64,000 nucleotides of DNA from Eledone cirrhosa (Eukaryota). Below the pieces are notes generated by a model. It did not search any database. It saw only the letters and a program-made list of their open reading frames with translations, and was not told where the DNA came from. Each line of letters opens with the position of its first letter. Within the stretch, counting starts at the first letter, position 1. The stretch is from positions 160,766,001 through 160,830,000 of the forward strand of contig OZ024742.1 in assembly GCA_964016885.1 (NCBI GenBank). Direction: 5' to 3'. This document shows, piece by piece, positions 52,967 through 64,000 of the stretch. The position numbers and the translations under genes were made by a program.

Positions 52967-53254
52967 CACTAGCTAGCGTCTCGTGATTGAAAAGAATTTA
53001 AGATGCATTTTGTCTTTGTGTGTGTCCATGTATGCATGTGCCTGTGTGTGTGTGTGAGTGCGTGTGTATGTGTGTATCTATGTGTGCATGAGTATGACAA
53101 TGTATATCCTTATACGAGTGTGCCCCTGTGTGAGTTTGAATGATTGTGTACTCCTGTACCTGAAATGTGATGACTGTGGATTCTAAGATTTTGAAAAATA
53201 CGCATAACAGTTATTATTATTATTGGCAAAAAGGCCTAATGTAGAAATCATTGG

Positions 53255-53960
53255 TGGATTGGCAGCATCGGTAGAGGGTCGGCCGCCATGCTTTGACGTA
53301 TAGAATTACGGCCCTTGCCATTCTGAGTTCAAATCCCGCCGAGATTAACTTTGCCTTTCATCTTTACGGGGTCGATAAATTAAAGTACCAGTAATGCTGG
53401 CCTTGTGCCAAAAGTAGAAACAATTATTATTGTTGACGGTGAATTGGCAGTATCGGTAGAGGGTTGGACGCCATGCTTTCTAGCATAGTTACGTCTGAGT
53501 TCAAATTCCGTCGAGGTTGACTTTGCCTTTCATCCTTACGGTGTCGATAAAATAAAGTACCAGTAACGTACTGGGGTCGATTTAATCGACTGTCCCCTCC
53601 CCCTAAATTACTGCATTGTGCCTATATTAGAAATCATTATTATTTCTGAGTTCAAATCCCGCCGAGGTTAACTTTGCCTTTCATCCTTACGGGGTCGATA
53701 AAATAAAGTACCAGTAATGTATTGGTTATTTGCTGGCCTTGTGCCAAATGTAGAAACAATTATTATTGTTGGCAATATCGGTAGAGCGTCAGACAACTTG
53801 CTTCACAGCATAGATTTACGCCCCTTTACGTTCTGAGTTCAAATTCCACCGATGTTACCTTTACCGTTTAGCCTTATGGGGATCGATAAAAATAAAGCAC
53901 CAGTAATGCAATGGGGTCGATTTAATTGACTTTCATTCAGCCTAAATCCGAAACCATTGT
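53255..53960 (+). mobile_element. Head-to-tail cluster of four SINE copies
   Basis: Starts at ~53255, 53435, 53645 and 53768, each following the (ATT)n tail of the previous copy. Confidence 0.85.
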
Positions 53961-54183
53961 TATTATTGCTGTTGCTGTTGTTGCTTTTATCATCCTCATC
54001 ATTTCTTATGTTATTGTTGTTGTTAGTTGAGTGGGTGGCCGCTAGGGTGGTGGTGGTGTCTAAACATGTTTGGTCAACCGGGTTATAATACAGAAATGTA
54101 TATTTCTGTTGCTAGGTGTGTGTTATATTCATACACACATATACATATGTATGTATATGTGTACGTATATACATATATATATA

Positions 54184-54513
<330 letters not shown>

Positions 54514-54606
54514 ATTATTTATACTCCAGTCCTATAAACTGTTGAGTGCTACTTATCCGATATTTGCATTGCTTTATTGTGCTACAATAAAACTCACCTC
54601 CTACAT

Positions 54607-54637
<31 letters not shown>

Positions 54638-54653
54638 GTATGTATATGTGTAC

Positions 54654-54701
<48 letters not shown>

Positions 54702-54992
54702 GCATGTATATGTGTATGTATACACACATACATTTAAGAAAAGAAACACAGAAATCAATACAACACATTGATGAGATATATTAGTTTAACGCTAAATATA
54801 GTAGGAAAATAATCTTAATGTCTCAGATGTTAGACCTTCATCGGAAGATAGAAGGAGAAAGGGAAGAGTGTGTTGCGGTGAGAAAAAGAAATAGACAGAA
54901 GAAAACAACCTGTTGTAGTTAGTTTTCTTTTATATATATACACTCACACGAACGCACGCACACGCACACACACACTCACACACACACACGCG

Positions 54993-57001
54993 AAATAAAT
55001 GCAAATCTAACTTTCTGAGTCCCCAAAATCATATTCAAAATGAGTAAAATATATAAAATATGCAAACGTATGAATGATCCACTCGTTTGATAACTTGTTT
55101 ACTTGATAAATATACATACCTTATGATTTTTTGGATATTTATAATTTTGATTCAGATCTTTATTTATCTGTCTCTGTTTTAAATATATAGTTTGGATATT
55201 TAACTTGTAAATTTACTGATTATAATTGAACTGTGGATCATTCCTGCGTTTGCATATTTATTTTATATTTTAGATATTTTACTCATTTTGAATATGTTTT
55301 GGGGGACTCAGAATGTTAGATTTGCATTTATTTTGTATATATATCTAGGTATAAATATAACAAATCATAATAGCCGACAAATATTGGTCTATCTCTCCAC
55401 TGAACTGGAGGTAAAACTACTATTATAGCATTACTAATAATGATGATAATTATTATTTTTTATTAAATGTTTACTGTTTTATTAATACCTATAATAATAT
55501 CTCTATATAGTTGTACAAATATCTTTATCTAGTGTAATAACATAATCGTAGTTACATTTATAAATAATTTAGACACTCAAATGACTATATATTGTTATAA
55601 GTGTTTGATATTACCTGGAAGGTCGAACTTATATAATGATTTACTTAATATAATATAATTTATTTTATTTTAATTAAATTTAGATTACCTTCGGCTTTTT
55701 AAAATATTTAGCTCCTCTTTATATCACATTCGCTAAAATATTTTAGATGTATCTTTTGTATACTATATTAAAACCCTATTGCATTTATAATATATTTTTA
55801 ATATTGGGCATCTTTAAGTTTCGCAAACAATTCATTTTCTTTTATTTGTATATTTATTTTGTATCTAACCCCTATCATTAGGACTCATATAGTTTTGACT
55901 TATATCTTTATAGTATATATCAACTAAATGAAAATAATTGATATAAAACATTAATTATTTAGCAATATTTTTAACAACATTTTTTAACTATATATATTTT
56001 TGAACAATATTTTCAGTAACTTATTTACTATATTGCATTATTGCATTATTGTATTATATTATATATATTTGAAAGGTATCACTTCAATTATAAAAAAATA
56101 ATAAACTATAATCTTTGTATTTTTTTTATCAACACATATATATAATCAAAAATTTGGACTTCTTTAAGTTTAGTTATAAGGCCGGTTGATACTTTAGGCA
56201 CTCAAACTATTTAACAATAAATTCTTTAATAATTATAACTATAATTATTTTATAATTATATTATATAAACTGTTGTCAATATTATAAATAATTTTGGTAC
56301 CTTCGTGAAGATATAAAAGCATTATATATATATTTTCTTTCTCGTGTTTCGTAAATCCTTTAAATTTGTTTTCATAAAATTTGAATTTTAGAAATTAAAC
56401 ATAATTATAATATTAATACAAATACCTATTAACTTTTAAAACCTAAAATATTATTCATTACTCTGAAATAACTTAAATTAAATATTTTGAAAATTAACCG
56501 CCAATTATATTAATTTGGACATGTGTTACATATATGGAAATCTGTATATAAACTTGGACATAAATTACTCCCCTTTGTCTCTCTCTCTCTCGTTAATCAT
56601 CTTTCATCTGTTTATTTCAAGCCACCTACTAAATATATTATCACATCAGCTGTTTCTTCCTCTATGCTTTCCCTCCTCTTTCTCCAGTAGTTTTTAAAAA
56701 TGAAAAATGTTATAACTGTTATATTGATGCCATGTATTTCTTAAGCTCTATTACACGCACCCTCTCTATTGTTTGTATTATGTTATCTCATGTTCTCAAT
56801 ATTAGGGTATAAATATGGAGTTTTGTCATAAGTTAATCACTACCATGACTGAATCTTAACCATCTACTATGTCAGGGTATGTCATGCATCATCTTATTTT
56901 ATATGATGAGGACGTACTGTTGAACTTAACTCAGTACCTCTGAAATATATATAATAAAATATAATTGATCACAAGAATATCTATTTTGTTAATATTTTGA
57001 A

Positions 57002-57008
<7 letters not shown>
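54993..57008 (+). mobile_element. Diverged 5'-truncated copy of the PLE 3' region with an inverted 5' piece
   Basis: 55085-55260 resembles the reverse complement of ~48380-48545, and 56320-57008 resembles the reverse complement of the pLTR. The HHR at 56896-56960 has a C>A change in the core. 54993-55082 is inverted relative to 55232-55334. Confidence 0.82.
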
Positions 57009-57094
<86 letters not shown>

Positions 57095-57197
57095 AATATA
57101 TATATATACGCGTATATATATATATACGCGTATATATATATATATATATATATACGCGTATATATATATTTATATACACACACACACACACACACAT

Positions 57198-57236
57198 ACG
57201 GCCTACCGCAAACGGACGCTTTAAGCGTCCAACACC

Positions 57237-57310
<74 letters not shown>

Positions 57311-57349
57311 GGTGTTGGACGCTTAAAGCGTCCGTTTGCGGTAGGCCGT
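57198..57349. repeat. Perfect inverted repeat (~43-bp arms) centred on (AT)n
   Basis: ACGGCCTACCGCAAACGGACGCTTTAAGCGTCCAACACCAATT-(AT)n-reverse complement. Confidence 0.95.
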
Positions 57350-57383
57350 TTGAGCACTCGATGCTCTCATAGAGTAGAGTATG

Positions 57384-57712
57384 ATATCACAGAAAAAAAG
57401 AGAATCAGTGTTGCGACGAATGGAATTTATTGGACATATTACAATCGTTTCTCTGGTGACCAGCTCGAGGCACGATCGATGTGATGATCGAACCTGACTC
57501 TGAAAATCGCAAGGTCCTCAGATACGCCTTGATTCTACGAAGCAGAAAAATCTGCTTTGTAGAATCAAGACGTATCTGAGGACCTTGCGATTTTCAGAGT
57601 CAGGTTCGATCATCACATCGATCGTGCCTCGAGCTGGTCACCAGAGAAACGATTGTAATATGTCCAATAAATTCCATTCGTCGCAACACTGATTCTCTTT
57701 TTTACTGTGATA
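57384..57712. repeat. Fold-back palindrome (~163-bp arms, AAAA loop) containing an HHR-like motif
   Basis: Arms 57384-57546 and 57551-57712. GACGTAT-CTGAGGA-...-GAAAC-GATT-GTA^ATATGTC at 57569-57664. Confidence 0.9.
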
Positions 57713-58102
57713 TATATATATATATATATAGCGCGAGAGAGAGGAGGGGGAGACATAATATATATACATATTATAATATTATATATATATATATATATCT
57801 CAAGGAAACAACAAACAGAAGTACAAAAAGTCTTATTAGTTTCCCACTTTATATATAAAAGAGGAAAGAAACTTCGACGTGTCGGGTTTTAGCCCTTCTT
57901 CGGGAGTACACAAATAGAGACAGGATCACAAAGAATAGATAAACAAAATAAGAGCTAGACCAAGCAAAGAAAAAAAAAATGTATATATTAATGTGTGTGT
58001 ATGTGTGTGTGTGCACGCGCGCGCACGAGTGTGTGTGCCTTACAAGTATAGTAAACTTGTACATGTAGCAGAAGGAGGTGTGGCTAGAAATCTACAACTC
58101 AC

Positions 58103-58373
58103 CTGGTCGTGAGAATGAAGTTTTGCTGGCTGATCTATCAGGAGGTTGATAACTGCTAACTTGGTTGAGAGATCTAGTAAAATGTTCGTCTACAACAACA
58201 GATGTTTCTCCAGTAAAGTAAGTTAGAAGAACACAGTTGGGATTGAGATATTGTACACTTCCTTTCGATTGGTCACCTTTTTCGAACTCCTCGTCACTCT
58301 TAACTGAGCTTGATCCTTGATGAATATAATGTCCCGGGCTACTGACATCGTACATAGATGGAATAGCATATTT
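58103..58373 (-). CDS. VGLL: Internal coding exon of a vestigial-like transcription cofactor (TONDU/TEAD-binding domain)
   Basis: Acceptor TTTTCAG|AAA (phase 0), donor CAG|GTGAGT (phase 1), 271 nt. Encodes KYAIPSMY...QYLNPNCVLLTYFTGETSVVVDEHFTRSL, matching Vg/VGLL1-3 QY...CV.FTYF.GD..S.VDEHFSRAL. Confidence 0.93.
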
Positions 58374-58556
58374 CTGAAAAATAAATGAGAAAATAAAACA
58401 CTACATTATCTATGTTTGAAATGATAGCGTTTATAAATCCAATACAGTTATATATAAACCACCAACTATTAAAAATCGATACGTTATTTTAAATGCTCTA
58501 TTTATAAGTTGTATATACACAACTTCTTACTGTATTAATATGGATGAAATAAGAAA

Positions 58557-58840
58557 TTCATTGTGTATACCTGTGTACGTCTGTGCATGTTTATGTGTAA
58601 ATATTCGTTTCTACTTTTGGTACAAGGCCAGCAAGTTGAAGGGAAGGGAACATCGATTAACTCTATCCCAGTGCGTTACTGCTGCTTTATTCCATCGACC
58701 CTCGTAAAGATGAAAGGCAAAGCTAAACTCATTGGGATTTGAACTCATATCCTAGAAGGTTATAAATATTTGCCGCAAAGCATGTTGGCTAACGCTCTAA
58801 CGACTTAACGACTTTAATATAATATTAAAGAGCTAATGAC
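58557..58840. repeat. Local direct duplication (SINE plus flanks), second copy ~60037-60324
   Basis: Both share non-SINE flanks CATTGTGTATACCTGTGTA.GTCTGTGCATG and ATATTAAAGAG.TAATGACA. Confidence 0.85.
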
Positions 58841-59329
58841 AGAGAGAGATATAAATAAGTATAAAAACACACAGTGAGTATTATGATGGATTAATTTATT
58901 TTCGGCTCATACTCAATCAGTTATACTCTCACTGATTAAACTGAGCTCTAACTATACGCCAATTTGATATGAATTATAGAATATAGAAATGTGGATTGGC
59001 AACATTGATAGAACGTTGAATAAAATACCTTTGCGGTATTTGTTCAGGCTCTTTACATTCTGAATTCAATACCTCCCAAGTCTACTTTGCCCTTCATCTT
59101 TCTGAGGTCGATTAAATAAAATGCCAGTCAAATACTGGGGTCAATATAATCGACTTTCTCTTTCTTACAAATTTGCTGTCCTTGTGCCTAAATTAGAAAT
59201 CGATATGAACTATAGCCTAAATTATTGTATAATAAATGTAATGAAATCCTACGCTCAATACATGCGAGCAGATTATAAAGTGTTATTTTGCGAAGAAAAG
59301 GATGACTATCACATCGAAGTTTAAGAGAG

Positions 59330-59461
<132 letters not shown>

Positions 59462-59583
59462 TTTCTGTGTGTATCATTACGTGTGAGACTACGTAAAAGC
59501 CATCAAATGGACGACGCTACCTATATTTCAAAGGACCAGCCTTGTTACACACTGTCACACGCTGATTCTTGCTGAATTAACAG

Positions 59584-59889
59584 TACGAGGGTCGGCTGCA
59601 AAGTTCATAGGCTGACTATGAAGGATTTATGCTAGAGTTGTGAAATGTTGCATGCATTAATTTCAACCATTCTTATTAATAACTGTATTGTTTCTTTCCA
59701 GGGACTATCTAAATAAAGAACCAGTCAAGTACTGAGGTTAATATAATCGACTTTTTCTTTCTTCCAAATTTGCTGGCTTTGTGCCTAAATTAGAAATCAA
59801 TACGAATTTAGTCATTTGGTCATTCCATGAGAGCATCTTGGTCAGCCTATGAACATTTCAGCCTATGAACTCTTCAGCCGACCCTCGTA
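59584..59889. mobile_element. Mariner-type MITE containing a SINE 3' fragment
   Basis: TIRs TACGAGGGTCGGCTG.AAAGTTCATAGGCTGA / TCAGCCTATGAACTCTTCAGCCGACCCTCGTA; SINE piece at ~59710-59800. Confidence 0.8.
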
Positions 59890-60384
59890 TGTGTATATGG
59901 GATGCTCAGACACGTAGTTCCATTGATGGAATAACTGGAACACTGATCGTCGAAACCGAGGAAGATCCATTCCATTTGAAAGCATGCGTATGTATACTTG
60001 TATTTATGTGCATCTATACAAGCATGAATTCGTAATTTGCATTGTGTATACCTGTGTATGTCTGTGCATGTTTATGTGTAAATATTTATTTCTACTTTTG
60101 GTACAAGGCCAGCAAGTTGAAGGGAAGGGAAAATCGAGTAAATCTACCCCAGTGCGTTACTGGTACTTTATTCCATCGACCCTCGTAAAGATGAGAGGCA
60201 AATCTAAACTCATTGGGATTTGAACTCATATCTTAGAAGGCTATAAATATTTGCCGCAAATCATGTTGACTAACGCTCTAAAGACTTAACGACTTTTATG
60301 TGTAAATATTAAAGAGTTAATGACATGCTAAACAGTATATGAGTCCATGCATGGGTACAAGTATATATCTATATATTTGTGTAC

Positions 60385-60445
<61 letters not shown>

Positions 60446-60458
60446 TGTGCGTGCGCGC

Positions 60459-60492
<34 letters not shown>

Positions 60493-61107
60493 TTGTTTGT
60501 GTGTGGGGGGTGTGAGTGTGTGTGTGTATATAAGTATGTGTGTGTAAATGTATCCGCGCACGCGTGTGTGCGTGTGTATATCTGTATATCCGTATGTAAT
60601 GGAGTATATACACATACACACATATATATGTATGTATAGCTGCAACTATATGCTCCTGGATGTTGTTTAGTTTTTTCTAATGTATTTATGGAATGCATGG
60701 CTAGTTCCTGATACACCACATTCCTTCGATTGCCAGGCTTTTTTATTTTACCTATTTTTTATATATTATCATTTTTAGTTTTAGTTTTATGTTATACTTA
60801 TTTGTTGTAAACAAACCAGATTGTTCATGGCTGCAACAACGTCAAGAGAAGATCATCTACAATTTGAAAAGAGAGGCTAATTAACATTATACTTGTTGTT
60901 ATATGAGGTATCATTTTATGGCTGATCAGCCATCTCTGATCAACGATTACAGTAAACCAGGCTTTATGTACGTATGTACGTACAACCATAGTTAAACTAA
61001 TGATACATGTTTCATAACTACACTATAGCTACTACTGTTGTTGCTGCTCTTATTGCTGCTGGTAATGTAGCAGACATGGGTGTAAACTATTACACACAGA
61101 CAGACAG

Positions 61108-61205
<98 letters not shown>

Positions 61206-61292
61206 ATGTATATATGAGTCCCGCGTTCAATCGGGGGTAACCACAATGTGTAAGGTACTCAATACATTAGTAGAGTGTAAACATCAAGTTTA

Positions 61293-61407
61293 GTATAGAA
61301 ATGGCTTCTACAGGACTAGAACTGTTTCATTCAAAACAAATCACCATGGCTTTCCTGATGATGTTTCTTGAGTGAAACAGTTCTAGTCCTGTAGAAACCA
61401 TTTATAT
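61293..61407. repeat. Fold-back palindrome (~48-bp arms) adjoining (TA)n
   Basis: AAATGGCTTCTACAGGACTAGAACTGTTTCATTCAA vs TTGAGTGAAACAGTTCTAGTCCTGTAGAAACCATTT; CTGATGA in the spacer. Confidence 0.85.
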
Positions 61408-61408
61408 A

Positions 61409-61472
<64 letters not shown>

Positions 61473-62084
61473 GGGAAGAGGACGCACATGGTGGATATAG
61501 TGTTATGGAATCGCTCCCGTAAGTTTTTGATTTTTACATATTTAAAACAACTGTGATAGAATAATTATTATTACAAATGGAACATAAGATTACAGTTTTG
61601 GCTCTCAGCAAGCGACAACGCATCACATTACGGCATAGGGCCCCAATATTTAATATTTAATTTTGGATCAGAAATGTTATAGTCAAAAAAGAGGAACATG
61701 GCTACGTGGACAGACAGGCAAATAATTTCACCACCAACACCACCACCACCGCCGCCACCATCACCAATACAATACAAAAAATCTAGCCAAGCCAACTGTT
61801 ACTTCAACTTCTATTTCTACTTCAACTTCAACACCATCACTACAGTACTACTATCACACCACCACCACCACCACCACCACTGCCTCATTATCGCTACCGC
61901 CGCTATTCTCTCCCACTACCTCCTGTTAAAACAGAGGGATAGTAGTATTCCCACTAAGTGAGGAAGGTATCAAAAGATATAAATTGACTGATTTGATGAC
62001 CCGGTCAGAGGCAACACTAACAACAAAAACATTATTGCCACTAAAACTACCTCAAAGTGTTTAGTTTAAACGATGTCAAATCTA

Positions 62085-62822
62085 AACTATAATATAATAA
62101 TTGTTTCTACTTTTGGCACAAGGCCAGCAATTACCCAGTGTATTACTGTTACTTTATTTTATCCACCTCGTAACTATAATATAATAATTGTTTCTACTGT
62201 TGGCACAAGGCCAGCAATTACCCAGTGTATTACTGCTACTTTATTTTATCGACCTCGTAACTATAATATAATAATAATAATTGTTTCTATTTTTTTTCTT
62301 TCTTTGGCGCAGGGCCAGCAATTGCCCAGAGCATTGCTGGTGCTTTGTCTTTTCGGCCCCGTGGGGATGGAGGGCAAAGTTAACCTCGGCTGATAATAAT
62401 AATAATTGTTTCTACTTTTGGCACAAGGCCAGCAATTATTCCAGTGTATTACTGGTACTTTATTTTGTCGACCCCTTAAGGATGAAAGGCAAAGTTAACC
62501 TCGGCGGGATTTGAACTCAGTCCATAAAGGGATGTAACTGTGCTGCAAAGCATGGCGTCCGACCCTCTACCGATACTGTCAATCTAATAATTGTTTCTAC
62601 TTTAGGCACAAGGCCAGCAATTACCCAGTGCATTACTGGTACTTTATTTTATCGACCCCGTAAGGATGAAAGGCAAAGTCAACCTCGGCGGGATTTGAAC
62701 TCAGATCGTAAAGGGACGTAACTATGCTGGAAAGCATGGCGTCCGACCCTCTACCGATACTGCCAATCCACAGCCCTACCGATACTGCCAATCCACAGCC
62801 CTACCGATACTGCCAATCCACT
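62085..62822 (-). mobile_element. SINE cluster with tandemly duplicated tail (~87 bp) and head (25 bp x3)
   Basis: Two full copies (~62405-62583, ~62588-62772); tail repeats 62085-62290; CTACCGATACTGCCAATCCACAGCC x3 at 62751-62822. Confidence 0.85.
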
Positions 62823-63074
62823 GTCAATCTAATAATGTTAAGCAACAAGTCGAAACAAATTTCAAAAGTTTTGAACGCAACAGCCCTACTTCTCATGAAG
62901 CTAAAATCAAAAAATCAGAAATCAACCCAGCACAGCAGCAACGAAAAACGTAAAGAAAAGAAAAACAAACAAACAAACAAAAAAACTAAGTCAGACATTC
63001 AAACATTACATTATAATGAAACTTATGCTTATTTTTTTAAGTTTTCTCCTATTTATTTGTTTATTTATTAATGT

Positions 63075-64000
63075 TCGTCTACAGCGTGATAGTGCCACGC
63101 TAAAATCACCGGGGGAGGGGGGGTGATCAAATCACTGGGGGTGATGAAATCACCGGTGGTTATGTAACCATACATTCACCAATCCTCGATATGAGTGTTT
63201 AAATGTCGAACCTAAACAGTTCGAATAACGGTGAAGTGGAGACTGGAATGTCATGTGACAGACTCTCACCCAGCAGGTGCTCCCTGGCCCAGCAGCAGGG
63301 ACCTGGCTGTCATCCAAATACTGCTGGTGTTGGAGGAAGAAGAAGAAGGAAAGGGACCAGAACCAACTGGACGAAAGAATTGAATAGAACTGTTATGCAA
63401 TGTTACCTGAAGAGTAACTCCAAGGGAAAAGGCTATAGGAAACGGATGGATAACATCTGGAACGAGATTGTCGATTTAAATTAGATGAACAACAATTGGC
63501 TGGGCAGGCTCGGGTAAGAAACTAATGGGTGGATAAGCGAGCTGGAACTGGAGGAACTCAGCAGAGAGATTAGATTGGAAATGGAGAGTGGAGTATGCCA
63601 GGCAAACGAGCCAGTGGGAGATGAAGGTGAAGAGGTTGAGAGAACGGAGGAAGCATCAGAAGCGCAGACAATGATCTGAATGCTGAAATAAATAATACAT
63701 GGAACAAAGATACAGCCATTGAGGAAATAAATGCTGACGGACTAGGACAAAATTTGGTTGATATCCTAAACTTAGTGGTAGATGAAATGAACAATGATAG
63801 TGGGAGACCTATGAACCTAAGATTTGTAGACAGGAAAAAGTTAAAAGAAACAACAGCTAAGGTAAACAAAGTCATCCCATACCTTGAGGCGAGGAGCCTT
63901 CACCAGTGCAACAATATCCTCAAAGCAACAGCAAATGCGGTGAGGAAATTACTTCGCATAAAAGCGAGAGGAAACAACAAACAAGAAAGATCAGAACCTT
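63075..64000 (+). mobile_element. 5' portion of another R4/Dong-like element, frameshifted, running off the window
   Basis: ATG at 63203; NWTKELNRTVMQCYLKS..GYRKRM..W, then (shifted frame) EQQLAGQAR..NGWISELELEEL, parallel to the N-terminus of the 1216-aa ORF (KWSREDNKEVLEAFY..LTDIEIDQI). Confidence 0.72.

Noticed and set aside
57870-57906. Hammerhead on the minus strand (CCGAAGAAGGGCTAAAACCCGACACGTCG); similar relics near 35930, 37140-37195, 46800-46875 and 54815-54848
   Set aside because: Core nucleotides are mutated. They are probably decayed PLE relics but cannot be supported as ribozymes.
61698-61961. Pro/His-rich 87-aa ORF as a VGLL exon
   Set aside because: It is on the opposite strand to the TONDU exon and is explained by (CCA)n microsatellites.

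Overview
Repeat-rich, AT-rich animal genomic DNA. The dominant tRNA-derived SINE and the microsatellite load resemble octopus/coleoid genomes; this is an inference. The only host coding sequence I can support is one minus-strand exon (58103-58373) encoding the TONDU/TEAD-binding domain of a vestigial-like protein, so much of the window may be intronic. The rest is mobile DNA: four copies of an L1/Tx1-clade LINE in (TATC)n or (TA)n, an intact-ORF R4/Dong-clade element and two relatives beside TAA-rich runs, CRE and RTE remnants, a degenerate GIY-YIG Penelope-like element (PLE) with pseudo-LTRs, Helitron- and mariner-type non-autonomous elements, many SINEs and a 200-N gap. The most striking hidden layer is a set of minimal type I hammerhead ribozyme (HHR) motifs with palindromic stem III. 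They occur in a near-identical 310-bp tandem array that flips orientation midway (retrozyme-like), in an unrelated ~473-bp unit with the same tandem-then-inverted architecture, in the PLE pseudo-LTRs, in solo (TA)n-flanked elements, and at or near the turning points of several fold-back palindromes. All structures were read by eye; no folding or database search was run.
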